From an uncultured Nitrososphaerota archaeon (GTDB taxonomy: Archaea > Asgardarchaeota > Njordarchaeia > Njordarchaeales > Njordarchaeaceae): 64,000 bases of DNA. Under the pieces are notes generated by a model. That model was not told the origin of the DNA and ran no database searches. It saw only the letters and a program-made list of their open reading frames with translations. Both the position numbers and the translations under genes were made by a program. Numbering within the stretch: position 1 is the first letter of the stretch; the number at the start of each line of letters is the position of its first letter. Of this stretch, positions 40,342 through 51,485 are shown in pieces. The stretch is taken from assembly GCA_964518475.1 (NCBI GenBank), contig CAZFGR010000002.1, positions 43,699 to 107,698 on the forward strand. The letters are read 5' to 3'.

Positions 40342-41775
40342 ATGGAGTTTATTCTGGACGAAGATATCGCCTTATTCGCTATCGATTATGGTCTATCTAG
40401 AGGCGCTGATTTTGTTGAAGCTAGACTTCAGAGGGATTTAATGAGAAGCTATGTCGTTAGGAATGGTGTTCCAGAGAGTATCGGGGTTTCTGAGAGTATT
40501 GGTATTGGAGTTCGAGTGCTGGTAAACAATGCTCTAGGTTTCGCATCTACTGATAGATGGATGGATAAGGAGGCTATTAAGGAGATCATTGATGATGCTA
40601 TTAAAATGGCGAGAGCTAATAGATTAGGGGACGAAAAACTTTCAGAGGAGCCCTCGTATACTGTTAAGGTTTTTGTTGAGCCGAAAGAGAATCCCGAGAA
40701 CGTAGATGTTTCCGAGAAGATTGAATTATTAACAAGTCTTGACAAGATTCTTCAAGGTGTTCATGAAAAGGCTAAGTATCCGAATAGGTTAATGAGTCTC
40801 GATGAATGGTTTACCCAGAAAGTGTATGCTAATAGCGATGGAACGTTGATTACAAGTTCAATACCAAGGATCGAGTTCTCGACATTCTTTGTGACGATGG
40901 TTAATGGGCAATTCGATACTAGATGGATATCGAAAGGGGAATCTAGGGGATGGGAAGCTATCAGAGAATGGAAGCTTGAAGAGCTAATTAGAGAAGAAGG
41001 AGAAGCTATGGCTAGAGTTCTACTTGAAGGAAAGACCCCACCTACAGAAACTGTAGATGTTGTACTCGGCCCGGAAGTCTCGGGTTTGGCTGCTCACGAA
41101 GCTGTTGGACACCCATACGAAGCTGATAGGATCCTTGGGAGAGAGGGTGCTCAAGCGGGAGAATCCTTCATTGATCCAGAAATGCTTGGTAAGAAAGTGG
41201 GTAGCGAAGCACTAACTGTTATCGATGATCCAACACTGCCAAACAGCTATGGTTTCTACCTATATGATGACGAAGGGGTTAAAGCTAGGCCAAGATTCTT
41301 GATTCGGGACGGTGTCATAACAGAGTTTTTGCATAATAGGGAGACAGCGGCTAAATTCGGTGTTAAAAGTAATGGAGCTGCTAGAGCTAGTGCTTATAAT
41401 AGGGAGCCAATTGTTAGAATGGCGAATACGTATATTGCTCCAGGAGACATGAGTTTCGAAGAGCTAATAGAAGATATCAAGCTCGGTGTATACATAAAGA
41501 CATTCGGGGAATGGAACATAGATGATCTAAGATACAATATGAGGTTCGTCGGCAAGGAAGCATGGCTTATAGAGAATGGGGAATTAAAGCATCTAGTAAG
41601 GAACCCAGTGCTTGAAATAACAACTCCAGTCTTTTACGAAAGAATAGATGCCGTTGACAAGAATATAGAGTACTATTCTGCAACGTGCGGAAAAGGAGAC
41701 CCCGGACAAGGAGTGCCTGTGTATGTTGGTGGACCTAATGTTAGATTAAGAAATATTAGACTCCTAGTCAGGTGA
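40342..41775 (+). CDS. tldD: TldD metalloprotease
   Basis: HEAVGHPYEAD, DDEG, RMANTY, CGKG. Confidence 0.93.
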   Translation: MEFILDEDIALFAIDYGLSRGADFVEARLQRDLMRSYVVRNGVPESIGVSESIGIGVRVLVNNALGFASTDRWMDKEAIKEIIDDAIKMARANRLGDEKLSEEPSYTVKVFVEPKENPENVDVSEKIELLTSLDKILQGVHEKAKYPNRLMSLDEWFTQKVYANSDGTLITSSIPRIEFSTFFVTMVNGQFDTRWISKGESRGWEAIREWKLEELIREEGEAMARVLLEGKTPPTETVDVVLGPEVSGLAAHEAVGHPYEADRILGREGAQAGESFIDPEMLGKKVGSEALTVIDDPTLPNSYGFYLYDDEGVKARPRFLIRDGVITEFLHNRETAAKFGVKSNGAARASAYNREPIVRMANTYIAPGDMSFEELIEDIKLGVYIKTFGEWNIDDLRYNMRFVGKEAWLIENGELKHLVRNPVLEITTPVFYERIDAVDKNIEYYSATCGKGDPGQGVPVYVGGPNVRLRNIRLLVR

Positions 41776-43130
41776 GAAATGTGTTAGGAACTGATGAACT
41801 TTTCTCAATAATAAGTGATATTGAGAAAGAATTAGCGAAGTTTAATCTTGATGGATACGCGATCTCCGCTACATCTAGGTTTACGCACCAAGTAAGGTTC
41901 GCTGTCAATAAGATATCAGCAACAAAAACTTGGGATGAAACGGGGCTGGAAATAATTATCGAGAAAAATCAAAGGGTAAGCACATTTAGTGTTGGTTTTG
42001 CCTCAATCAAGAATATTCCAAAAATGGTCGAAACCGCGTTAGAAATGATGAAAAAGACTCCTCCAAGAGAGGATTATTCACCCTTACCAGAACCAGCAGA
42101 TAGGTACCCAGAATACCCAGCTAAATTGGATAAGGATTTGTTAGAGAGACCAGAAAGACTCCTTGATCTAGCTCAAGAAGCTATAGAGACGGGCACCAGT
42201 GAGGGAGCAAAAAGAGTTGCGGGTACCGTGTTGGCAAATGCGTATAACTTCGTATTAGTGACTTCTAAAGGTTTCAGAGGTAAAAACTCTGGAACTAATA
42301 TATATCTGGATGTGCGAGCATTTATGGATAAGGAATCAACGGGTCACGCATCTATGGCTTCTAGCAGTTTATCAGGCATCGATCCCAAAAAGATGGCTTC
42401 CATAGCAGCAAATGATGCCAAACTCTCAGTTAATGCTAGGAAACTTGATCCTGGAAAGTACAACACCGTGTTTACGATTGATGCTACTGCATCCCTAATG
42501 AATCTTGTTGGAGCTTCGTCATCTGCTTATGCAGTAGATGCGGGATTCTCCTTCCTCATCGGTAAGCTGGGAAAGAATATAGCACCAGAGAACTTCAACA
42601 TAATTGATGATCCTTTGAATCCCATGGGATACATTGTTAGGAATTTTGATGATGAAGCAGTACCAACTAGAAAAACTAAGATAATCGAGAACGGAGTGCT
42701 TAAAACGTATCTCCATAATAGATTTACCGCCAAGAAGTTCAAGGCTGAGCATACTGGTCATGCTGGATGGCTCACTCCACATCCCTGGGAACTATCCGTT
42801 AGCCCAGGAGATATGAGTTGGGAAGAATTGCTGGAGAGTATTGAACGAGGATTAATAGTGAGTAATGCCACATACATAAGATTCCAAAACTATGTCAAGG
42901 GGGACTTCTCGGCAATAATTAGAGACGGCACCTTCTATGTTGAGCATGGAGAAGTAAAATACGCTGTGAAAGGACTTAGGCTGAGTGATAACGTGCCAAG
43001 AATTCTAAGCAATATAATTGGCATCGGAAAAGAAATTAGGCAAGTCTTTCATTGGTGGCTAGAGTACGGAATCCCCGTAATAACACCAGCTATCGCCGTT
43101 AAAGATGTTGAATACACTAAAGCATTCTAG
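41772..43130 (+). CDS. pmbA: PmbA/TldE partner subunit
   Basis: Tld fold without HExxxH; FDDE, YLHN; coupled to tldD. Confidence 0.85.
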   Translation: MRNVLGTDELFSIISDIEKELAKFNLDGYAISATSRFTHQVRFAVNKISATKTWDETGLEIIIEKNQRVSTFSVGFASIKNIPKMVETALEMMKKTPPREDYSPLPEPADRYPEYPAKLDKDLLERPERLLDLAQEAIETGTSEGAKRVAGTVLANAYNFVLVTSKGFRGKNSGTNIYLDVRAFMDKESTGHASMASSSLSGIDPKKMASIAANDAKLSVNARKLDPGKYNTVFTIDATASLMNLVGASSSAYAVDAGFSFLIGKLGKNIAPENFNIIDDPLNPMGYIVRNFDDEAVPTRKTKIIENGVLKTYLHNRFTAKKFKAEHTGHAGWLTPHPWELSVSPGDMSWEELLESIERGLIVSNATYIRFQNYVKGDFSAIIRDGTFYVEHGEVKYAVKGLRLSDNVPRILSNIIGIGKEIRQVFHWWLEYGIPVITPAIAVKDVEYTKAF

Positions 43131-43282
43131 ATTATTAGACATTTAAAATACGAGTATAGCGATAGAGAAAATCATGATGATCTCTTTAAACTAATTTTTT
43201 ACTCTATTCTTTAGCACGGAACCCTACCGCATATTTTTATTTTATTATCTGTTTCTCCCTTTTAAACCTCTATGGTGAGGAT

Positions 43283-45238
43283 ATGGGTCATAATGACTTC
43301 ATCGCAGTATGTCCTCGGGACTGTTACGATACATGTTTTTTCAGAGCTAGGAAGTCCGATGAAGGTATCTTCCTTGAACTGCTCGAAGTTCCTTTTGGTC
43401 CAGAAGTAAGGAGTTTATGTCCTAGAGCGGCTAAAGATTATCAGAGAGCTTTATCGCAGAAAAGAGTGCTATACCCACATATTGCTATAAGAAAAGGTGA
43501 GCAAAGGTTCGAAAGAGCCTCATGGGATGAAGCTTTAGAGAAAGTGACTACTGAGTTGCAACGAGTACTGAAAGAATATGGTTCAGAAAAGATACTGCTG
43601 CTTGATTATGCTGGTAATAGGGGAGTCTTTACTAGGTATCTTCCGCAACGTCTATGGTATTTACTAAGAGCCTCTAGAACAGATTACAGCATTTGTGACC
43701 GAGCTGGGGAAGAGGCATTAAGGCTTCATTACGGATCTACTTACGGTGCGCTAATTGATCAGATGTGTGAATCAAGATTGTTGATTTACTGGGGTTTTAA
43801 CGCGACTGTAGTTAGTCTACATAACTTCCATATAGCCTTGAATCTGAGGAAAAAGAAGAATTCGAAAATAATCGTGATCGATACTCTTAAGAACGAGACT
43901 GCTAGACAAGCAGATTTATGGCTTCGACCCAAGTATGGGAGCGATATTTATCTAGCTCTCGGCATTGCTAATTATTTGATCGAACACGAGCTTTATGACA
44001 AATCCTTCGTTGAGAATTATTGTGAGGGTTTTGAGAAGTTTAAGGAGTATGTTAAGAAGTTTTCCCTAGACGTGGTCTCAGAGAAGACAGGAATTGCAAA
44101 AGAGAAGATTATCGAGTTCGCTGAACTCTATGCGAGAGAGAAGCCGAGTATAATTTTCATAGGGTATAGGCTACAGAGACGAATTGGTGGAGGAGAAACT
44201 GTAAGAGCAGTTAGTTTGTTACCAGCTTTAATAGGAATTCACAGAGGATTCTATTATAGTAATACTGATGGGTTATTAATCGATATTAATTACCTAAGAG
44301 GCACTCACTTAGGCTCTCCAGCAAGAATTATTCCACAGCCAAAGGTTGGAGAGTACTTGTCTAGAGGAGAGTTTAAATTTGTCTTTATATTCCTGACAAA
44401 TCCTGCTGCTACGCATCCCAATGCTGAGCTTGTTATGAAGGGGTTGCTTAGGGATGATGTATTTGTGGTAGTTCACGAGACTCACTGGACTGATACTGCT
44501 TTATGCGCTGATGTTGTCTTGCCGGCACCGACGTGGTTGGAGAAAGAAGATGTTGTCTTTAGTTATTGGCATGATTATATCGGTTTTTCAAACAAACTGA
44601 TGGAGCCGTTAGGAGAATCTAGAACAGAGATATGGTTAATGAGAGAGATTGCTAGGAGATTAGGAATTACTAGACCCGAGATCTTCGAGAACGAATTAGA
44701 TGCCTTAAAGAAAGCTCTTCCAGAACATATTTTTAAGGAATTGATCGAGAAGAAATATACTAGACTACCCTATAGACCATTAAACGAGTACCAGACACCA
44801 AGTGGGAAAATAGAATTTTGGAGCAAATCAGCTAGTAATATGAAGAGAGAGCCTTTCCCCACGCCAATAGATATAGAGCCACCACCAGAATATCCATTCA
44901 TTCTAGTTTCTTCAGCCAGTCCTAAATATACACATACACAATTCGAGGATGTCTATGGCGATATTCCTCCTATAATAATGGTTTCTGAAGAGGATATGGC
45001 TCGACTAGGTATTCGAGATAATGATATTGTTAGAGTAGAGAGTACAAGAGGTAGTGTCTTGCTTCGAGCTAAAAAGAGCGATTTAGTACCTCCGGGAATA
45101 GTTTTCACGTATAGATCCTGTAGAACATTGGATGGTAAGCGTATTAATGTTATAACTAGTGACGATGCCAATGAATTATATGGAGCTGCCCTCAACTCCA
45201 CTTTTGTCAGATTAGTACGAGCCGGTGAGGAGACATGA
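43283..45238 (+). CDS. Molybdo/tungstopterin-dependent oxidoreductase (DMSO reductase family, YyaE-like)
   Basis: CPRDCYDTC..LC Fe-S motif, ICDRAG, WGFN, TDTALCADVVLPA, TPSGKIEF. Confidence 0.9.
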   Translation: MGHNDFIAVCPRDCYDTCFFRARKSDEGIFLELLEVPFGPEVRSLCPRAAKDYQRALSQKRVLYPHIAIRKGEQRFERASWDEALEKVTTELQRVLKEYGSEKILLLDYAGNRGVFTRYLPQRLWYLLRASRTDYSICDRAGEEALRLHYGSTYGALIDQMCESRLLIYWGFNATVVSLHNFHIALNLRKKKNSKIIVIDTLKNETARQADLWLRPKYGSDIYLALGIANYLIEHELYDKSFVENYCEGFEKFKEYVKKFSLDVVSEKTGIAKEKIIEFAELYAREKPSIIFIGYRLQRRIGGGETVRAVSLLPALIGIHRGFYYSNTDGLLIDINYLRGTHLGSPARIIPQPKVGEYLSRGEFKFVFIFLTNPAATHPNAELVMKGLLRDDVFVVVHETHWTDTALCADVVLPAPTWLEKEDVVFSYWHDYIGFSNKLMEPLGESRTEIWLMREIARRLGITRPEIFENELDALKKALPEHIFKELIEKKYTRLPYRPLNEYQTPSGKIEFWSKSASNMKREPFPTPIDIEPPPEYPFILVSSASPKYTHTQFEDVYGDIPPIIMVSEEDMARLGIRDNDIVRVESTRGSVLLRAKKSDLVPPGIVFTYRSCRTLDGKRINVITSDDANELYGAALNSTFVRLVRAGEET

Positions 45239-46074
45239 GTCTAGAAATAGATTATAATGACCTAAAAGAATTAGGAAGAACTGGAGAAAAAATCCCAGCC
45301 ATCGGTCTAGGGACTTGGGGCATCGGAGGAAGTTTCGCACCAGATTATAGCCGAGATGATTATTGGATAAAAATCATTAGAAAAGCTATTGAGTTAGGAA
45401 TATGGATGATTGATACTGCCGAAATGTATGCAAAGGGTCATGCAGAAGAGCTCGTGGGTCGAGCGATTAAGGTGTTTGAGAGAGATGAAGTATTTATAAT
45501 TACTAAAGTGTGGCCCGATAACTACACGTATGAGAAAGTTATTAAAGCGGCTAAAGCTAGTCTAAAGCGACTGGATACTAATTACATCGATCTCTACCTC
45601 CTCCATTGGCCAACACCTGATATGCCTATGAGAGAGCTTATGAGAGCTTTAGAAAGTCTCGTTGAACAAGGATTAGTACGGTATATTGGTGTAAGCAATT
45701 TTAGTGTTGAATTAGTCGAGGAGGCTCGTTCCTACTTATCGCGAGAGGATATAGTTGCTAATGAAGTCAAGTATAGTTTGAGAGATCGAAGAGTAGAAAA
45801 AGACCTGCTTCCCTATGCCCAGAAAGAAAAAATCACAATAATAGCTTATACGCCCCTAGAAAAGGGTAGCTTAGCCAGAGATAAAACGCTAGCTAAGATA
45901 GGAGAGAAGTACGGAAAAACAGCTGCACAAGTAGCTCTCAACTGGTTAATATCAAAACCAGGCGTAGTAGCCATCCCAAAGGCTGGAAGAGAAGATCATC
46001 TTAGAGAAAATGCTGGTGCTATGGGTTGGAGATTAAGCAAAGAGGATATAGGATATCTGAATAGGTTGTATTAG
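45235..46074 (+). CDS. Aldo/keto reductase
   Basis: GLGTW, IDTAEMY, DLYLLHWP, IGVSNF, AIPKA. Confidence 0.95.
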   Translation: MSLEIDYNDLKELGRTGEKIPAIGLGTWGIGGSFAPDYSRDDYWIKIIRKAIELGIWMIDTAEMYAKGHAEELVGRAIKVFERDEVFIITKVWPDNYTYEKVIKAAKASLKRLDTNYIDLYLLHWPTPDMPMRELMRALESLVEQGLVRYIGVSNFSVELVEEARSYLSREDIVANEVKYSLRDRRVEKDLLPYAQKEKITIIAYTPLEKGSLARDKTLAKIGEKYGKTAAQVALNWLISKPGVVAIPKAGREDHLRENAGAMGWRLSKEDIGYLNRLY

Positions 46075-46359
46075 CCCCAGAAATAGTTACTGAAATACTC
46101 ATTAAATTTTATTAACATTCAGAAGGAACTCTCTTTTATCTTCTGGTAACCTGAAAAATTCTAAATATCATCTATTGATTTACAAACTTCTATAATGAGA
46201 CATTTTCAATAAATACGGATCATTCCATTACCTTAACATAAGCTGAGGAGGAAACCTTTTGAGGCCGAGTATCTGACGCGTTTCTTATACATTCGTATAA
46301 GTGCAGTCTTTATATTGACTATTTTCTGACAGAAATATTTAAACACGTATATTTTTCTG

Positions 46360-47103
46360 GTGGTAGGATTGATTGTTGTTTCTGTGGAGAATCTTCGGAA
46401 GTATTTTGGTGAGATAAAGGCTGTTGACAGGATAAGCTTTAGTGTGAGAAAGGGGGAAATATTTGGATTAATTGGCCCGAACGGTGCTGGAAAAACAACA
46501 ACTCTCCGTATTCTAGCTACTCTTCTTAAACCAACGGATGGTAAAGTGACGATTTTTGGTTACGATGTTGTTAAGGATGCTATGGAGGTACGTAAGATAA
46601 TTTCCTACCTCCCCGAGGAAGCTGGTGCCTATGCGCATTTGACTGGGTATGAATATCTAAACTTCATGGCTAGTTTCATAGCTAGGGACTCTGAAGAATT
46701 GAGGAGAATGGTAGAGCTTGGAGCCGAGATATCGGGTTTAGGGGAGCGGCTAAAAGATAAGATAAAGACTTATAGTAAGGGTATGAAGCGTAGACTTCTT
46801 CTTGCCAGAGCGCTTATGTCTGTTCCAAAACTGGCTATACTCGATGAACCTACCAGTGGTTTAGATGTAATTCATGCTTATCATGTGAGGGAGATGCTCA
46901 AAGAATTCGCTAGGAAACATGAAGTAACAATAATCCTGTCGAGTCATAATATGTTGGAGATCGAGTATGTCTGCGATAGAGTAGCTCTTATCCATAAAGG
47001 CAGAATCATCATGGAGGGGGCTCCTAGAAAATTGTGTGAAGAATTAATGGTCGCTAATTTAGAAGAAGCATTCGTTAAGAAGGTGGTGCTTGAGAATGCC
47101 TAG
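46360..47103 (+). CDS. ABC exporter ATP-binding subunit (NatA-like)
   Basis: GPNGAGKTT, YSKGMKR, ILDEPTSGLD, SSH. Confidence 0.93.
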   Translation: MVGLIVVSVENLRKYFGEIKAVDRISFSVRKGEIFGLIGPNGAGKTTTLRILATLLKPTDGKVTIFGYDVVKDAMEVRKIISYLPEEAGAYAHLTGYEYLNFMASFIARDSEELRRMVELGAEISGLGERLKDKIKTYSKGMKRRLLLARALMSVPKLAILDEPTSGLDVIHAYHVREMLKEFARKHEVTIILSSHNMLEIEYVCDRVALIHKGRIIMEGAPRKLCEELMVANLEEAFVKKVVLENA

Positions 47104-48427
47104 GGCCTTAGTTAATATGATTAAAAAAGAGTTAAGGGAGATTTTTCGCGATCCAAGGCTGTTCATTGGGATGATCCTTATTCCCCTGCTCATGTTCCCT
47201 ATAATGGGCGTAGCGATGCGTGGATTTATGAGCGAAACTGTTCAGCAAAGCTATAAGCAAGTCAATATTGGGGTACTGAACCTTGATAACGGATCTCTAG
47301 CCTCCGAGATACTCAATTCTCCAGAATTCATTATCGCTCTGGATCAATACAACATAAGTGTCACACTCTTGAATAATCTGGGAATAGATACAAGAGACGA
47401 AGCACTGGATTTTGTATCGTTAAACGATTCTATTCCAGCTCTAATCATTATTCCAGAGAATTTCACTTATTGTGCGAATAACCAGATACAGATTATTGTT
47501 GAGGCATACATAGTGATGAAAAAGCTATCCTTTACCATTGGTGATATTGAAAATAGGGTAGCGATATTTGTTAAGGTACTAAGTACTACCGTTTCTTCAG
47601 TTATCCTTGTTAGTATTAACCCTGATGCGAATCCAATATTCATTCAAAATCCGATTATACCTACCCAAAACATTATCTATGAAGGGAAGATCTTAAAGAA
47701 TATTTCTCCCAGCGCCGTAGTCTCCTTTATAACTTTCCAGATATTCATGATTCCTATGGTTATGATGATCCTCTTAGTAATGGCTATTCAATTCGCTGCA
47801 ATCTCAATAGCTTCTGAGAAGGAACAGAAAACTCTCGAAACTCTGCTCTCATTACCTGTTGATCGTTCTATTATCTTACTAGGGAAGCTTACTGGAGCAT
47901 TGATTGTGGCTATTGTGGGTACTGTAGGTTACATACTTGGCTTTCAATTCTACATGTCATCTATAACCGAGAATATCCCGACTCAGCAAATATCTCTTGC
48001 AGAATTAGGTCTCGGAATAGATTCTTTTGGCTATACGCTTCTGGCTATTTCCCTTTTCCTATCTCTCCTATCCACATTATCCCTCGTAACAATAATAGCG
48101 GCGTTTGCAGAGGATGTCCGATCGGCTCAATCACTCACTGGTGTTTTGATACTTCCAATAACGCTAATAGCTTTGTTCTCAATGTTCGGTATAATGTTCG
48201 GCTCCCTAGGTTGGTGGGTCTATATACTGTTATTCATCCCGTTCACAAACCCTATGGTAACACCGTTATTCGTAATTAATAAGGAGTATGTACCAGTTAT
48301 TACAGGATTAGTAGCGCTTGTCCTTGAAACGATCATCTCTATAAAGGTTGCAGCCATATTCTATGGCTCTGAAAAAATCTTACTAGTTAGGCTAAGACTA
48401 GGAAGGAGGAGGAGCAGAGAGGAATAA
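47096..48427 (+). CDS. ABC-2 permease (NatB-like)
   Basis: KKELREIFRDPR, IASEKEQKTLETLLSLP, GKL. Confidence 0.9.
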   Translation: MPRALVNMIKKELREIFRDPRLFIGMILIPLLMFPIMGVAMRGFMSETVQQSYKQVNIGVLNLDNGSLASEILNSPEFIIALDQYNISVTLLNNLGIDTRDEALDFVSLNDSIPALIIIPENFTYCANNQIQIIVEAYIVMKKLSFTIGDIENRVAIFVKVLSTTVSSVILVSINPDANPIFIQNPIIPTQNIIYEGKILKNISPSAVVSFITFQIFMIPMVMMILLVMAIQFAAISIASEKEQKTLETLLSLPVDRSIILLGKLTGALIVAIVGTVGYILGFQFYMSSITENIPTQQISLAELGLGIDSFGYTLLAISLFLSLLSTLSLVTIIAAFAEDVRSAQSLTGVLILPITLIALFSMFGIMFGSLGWWVYILLFIPFTNPMVTPLFVINKEYVPVITGLVALVLETIISIKVAAIFYGSEKILLVRLRLGRRRSREE

Positions 48428-48568
48428 GGAAACATTTCTCTGGAACCACTCGGGAAAAAGTAAGTGAAAATGTAGGAAGCATTTGAGGAGTTACTGTGCA
48501 GATAATACTTTTATTAATTTTTTTGGAATAGTTACTGGTTCCATATCTATAGTTAATAGGGTATTGAG

Positions 48569-49336
48569 ATGCAAGGAATTATAGAGAACCTCTATTCTCT
48601 GATAGCTCAGTATCCATGGATAATAGATATCCTAAAGCTATTGACCGTGTTAATTATAATTATTATCCTAGATCGTTACGTTGCCAGGAAATCTAGATTA
48701 ATCGCGGAGAAGCTGGAATTATCTGTAGGAACTGTCAAGGGTATAATAACTCTCTTTAGGTTCGTTCTAGTAATTTTGTTTGTTCTAGTATTAGCAACTA
48801 CGCAACTCATTCCTCCTGAGTACTTCGTTGGAGCAAGCGCGTTAGTAGGTACTGCTGTAGGTTTTGGTCTTTCCAGATTTCTATCTGATTACATATCCGG
48901 CCTCTACGTTCTTTTGTCGGGAGCCTTCAAGATAGGTGATTATGTACGTGTAGATAATGAGGAGGGCGTAGTTGTTGACATGACTACTAGTCATACAAAA
49001 ATAAGGCGACCGGATGGTTCAGTTATCGCTATCGCTAATAGTGCTTTAGCTGGAAAGTCTATCCTGAATTACAGAGTTGAGGAGAATGAATCTGTTTACT
49101 ATGTCTATACAATCAGAGTTTCCTATGACTTAGGTAAGTATGGAGAAAACGCGGAACAAATAATAGAGGATTTCGCTAAGGAGTATCGTGAAAAAGGTAT
49201 CGATATTTCCTATTCCATGGTCTCATTAACAAGATTAGAGGCAGTATTTGACATTACAATTAAAGTGAAAGATCCTATGGAAATCCCGAAACTCCGCTCC
49301 GAGATTCTCCTACGACTATTAAGAAGCTCCACATAA
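48569..49336 (+). CDS. MscS-family mechanosensitive channel
   Basis: Three TM helices; GFG...FKIGDYVRV...GVVVDM...IAN. Confidence 0.85.
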   Translation: MQGIIENLYSLIAQYPWIIDILKLLTVLIIIIILDRYVARKSRLIAEKLELSVGTVKGIITLFRFVLVILFVLVLATTQLIPPEYFVGASALVGTAVGFGLSRFLSDYISGLYVLLSGAFKIGDYVRVDNEEGVVVDMTTSHTKIRRPDGSVIAIANSALAGKSILNYRVEENESVYYVYTIRVSYDLGKYGENAEQIIEDFAKEYREKGIDISYSMVSLTRLEAVFDITIKVKDPMEIPKLRSEILLRLLRSST

Positions 49337-49414
49337 ATTTTTTCCTCATACAATGATTTTGACGGATTAGGAAATACCTTATGCTTATTAATGAGTTTTT
49401 CAGTGGTTCATTAG

Positions 49415-50266
49415 TCATTGCGTGTTCAATTCCATTACGAGGGTCTCGTCAATTTCGAAGATGTCTTTCTGAGCTAGTACGGATAGGAAGGGGTAATTCT
49501 TTGGAAAAACGAATCCTATGGTAGTATTTGGTCTAGTATTCTTTTCTTTCTCTAAATAACTTGCCAGAATTTGTAGATCCTCGAATTTTTCAGCATTAAT
49601 GAATCCTACAGGTAAATAATGTTCCCCATTTGGAGGAATAAGGGCCGTTAAATTTTCTCTACAAATAATAGCTCTAATCCTATTATTCCTCATCAATTCC
49701 GCTAAGATTCTTTTATTAAGTCTTATCCATTGCCACCGAATAGGTATTAGCCCCTGAGCAATCCGGAACATCTCAGAGTTAGAAACTTTATCCCATATAG
49801 TATCTGGATTCGAGATTTCTCTACACTCGCACTCCTTAGCATCTAGAAGACTCTCTATTTTTGTTTCTAGGGAAACCCATCTAGCTACTTCTTCGAAACC
49901 GAGTTTCCTAGCAAGGTTAATTGATGGTTTGTTCCAAGCCAAAATTGCTACACGGTATACCTTAAAGCCCAACCTGGTCAATTCGGAAATGACATATCTG
50001 TTCAAGTTATAACCGATGCCTTTCCTCCTATATCTAGGATGCACTCTAAGACCTTCAAGCCAAACACATCCATCAGGAAGAAATGTGGCGTGGAGAATTG
50101 CTACCGGTTTCCCGTCAACCTCAGCAACAAATAACTTCCCCTATTTATCATATAACCAATCATCCCAAACGTGTTTAATATAGTCTCCCCATTCCCATGT
50201 CTTCTCGGTGAATTTCAGCACAAAATCTTTATCATTAGGTCGAGCTTGCCTAAAAACTATTTTCAT
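49415..50266 (-). pseudogene. GNAT acetyltransferase interrupted by one in-frame TAG (50143-50141)
   Basis: MKIVFRQARPNDK...WDDWLYDK*GKLFVAEVDG...WLEGLRVHPRYRRKGIG, all in one frame. Confidence 0.8.
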
Positions 50267-50402
50267 CGAACATCCCGGCCACAAAAGGAGAGCCTCCATT
50301 ATTAACTAATCTAAACTATTGGTTGGAAAGTATAAAGTTTAATAAAGATATTGTGGTAGATTGTACTATTGGTTATACATATGGTATTACTTAGTGATAC
50401 TT

Positions 50403-50654
50403 ATGGTTAAACTAAGGCTAAAAGTGGGCCCTAAAGGTCAGATAATAATCCCTAAACCGTTAAGAGAAGCCTATAATATCAGAGAAGGAGGTACAGTAAT
50501 TATCGAGCCTAGAGAGGATGGGATTTTAATAAAGAGGATGAAGTCTCCAGAAGAATTAGTTCAATGGATTAAAGAGAGGAAAAAGAGAATCAAAGGACTT
50601 ATGGGGAAGCTAGGAGAGTTGGCTGAGGTTGATTTGGAAACGGAGTTTGACTGA
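50403..50654 (+). CDS. AbrB/MazE-type antitoxin
   Basis: KVGPKGQIIIPKPLREAYNIREG; start reassigned to 50403. Confidence 0.9.
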   Translation: MVKLRLKVGPKGQIIIPKPLREAYNIREGGTVIIEPREDGILIKRMKSPEELVQWIKERKKRIKGLMGKLGELAEVDLETEFD

Positions 50655-50676
50655 TAAATATATCTAGGGTTTTCCT

Positions 50677-51090
50677 ATGAAGCTTTTTGTAGATGCTTCT
50701 TTGCTAATTTATCTAAATATTCCACTCCCACAGGATGCTGAGAATCTTGTTGAGGAGTTCTTCAAGGGGTTATTAGTTAATGAGCTCTACACTAATATAT
50801 TAGTGCTTGATGAAGTCATTTGCGTCTCTGAGAAAAAGTACAAGATTGCTAAAAGCGATACGATAGACTTCTTGGATAATGTGGTAATACCTTTTATCAA
50901 CATCCTGCCCCTAAGAGAATTAGAGTATTTTACAGCAAAAAGACATATTATTAAATATAATCTGAACCCTTCAGACGCCATCCACTTAGCAACAATTGAT
51001 AACTACGGATTAAACGCAATCGTAACAGAAGATAAAGACTTCGACAGAACCCATGTAAAGAGATTATGGATAGACACTGCACAGAAATAA
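50677..51090 (+). CDS. vapC: PIN-domain VapC toxin
   Basis: FVDAS, LDE, PSDAIHLA, TEDKDFD. Confidence 0.92.
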   Translation: MKLFVDASLLIYLNIPLPQDAENLVEEFFKGLLVNELYTNILVLDEVICVSEKKYKIAKSDTIDFLDNVVIPFINILPLRELEYFTAKRHIIKYNLNPSDAIHLATIDNYGLNAIVTEDKDFDRTHVKRLWIDTAQK

Positions 51091-51485
51091 AAGATAATGA
51101 TTCCACATTATTGTTTTTCTAATACTTATCTTCCTGTCTACTTTAGCCTTTTAATGTCATTTCTTCTCATTTGTTCTAATACAATCACAAGGTGACATAA
51201 CTATAGTATTCCCCTAGAGACCCCGCACTACAATGTCTTGGAAAAATGCTATACAACCAAGAAGTTAGAACTTAGAAGAGAGGTTAGTCACTCTTGGACA
51301 CGAGTAAGAGGCCGGAATTGATTAATAAGATACATTTTAATAATTCTTCTTTCTCAGTATATCTAACAGGAGTCTATATCTCCTAGCATGAGGAGCTCTC
51401 GCCTTTTTAAAGCTCTCTAATATCTTCTAGAATCGAACCTCGTTTGTCATTTTACCCAAAACAATTCGATATATGAGGTGATTGG

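Noticed and set aside
46242-46277. Possible C/D box sRNA (TGAGGA...CTGA)
   Set aside because: The box spacing is too short and there is no convincing C'/D' pair or terminal stem
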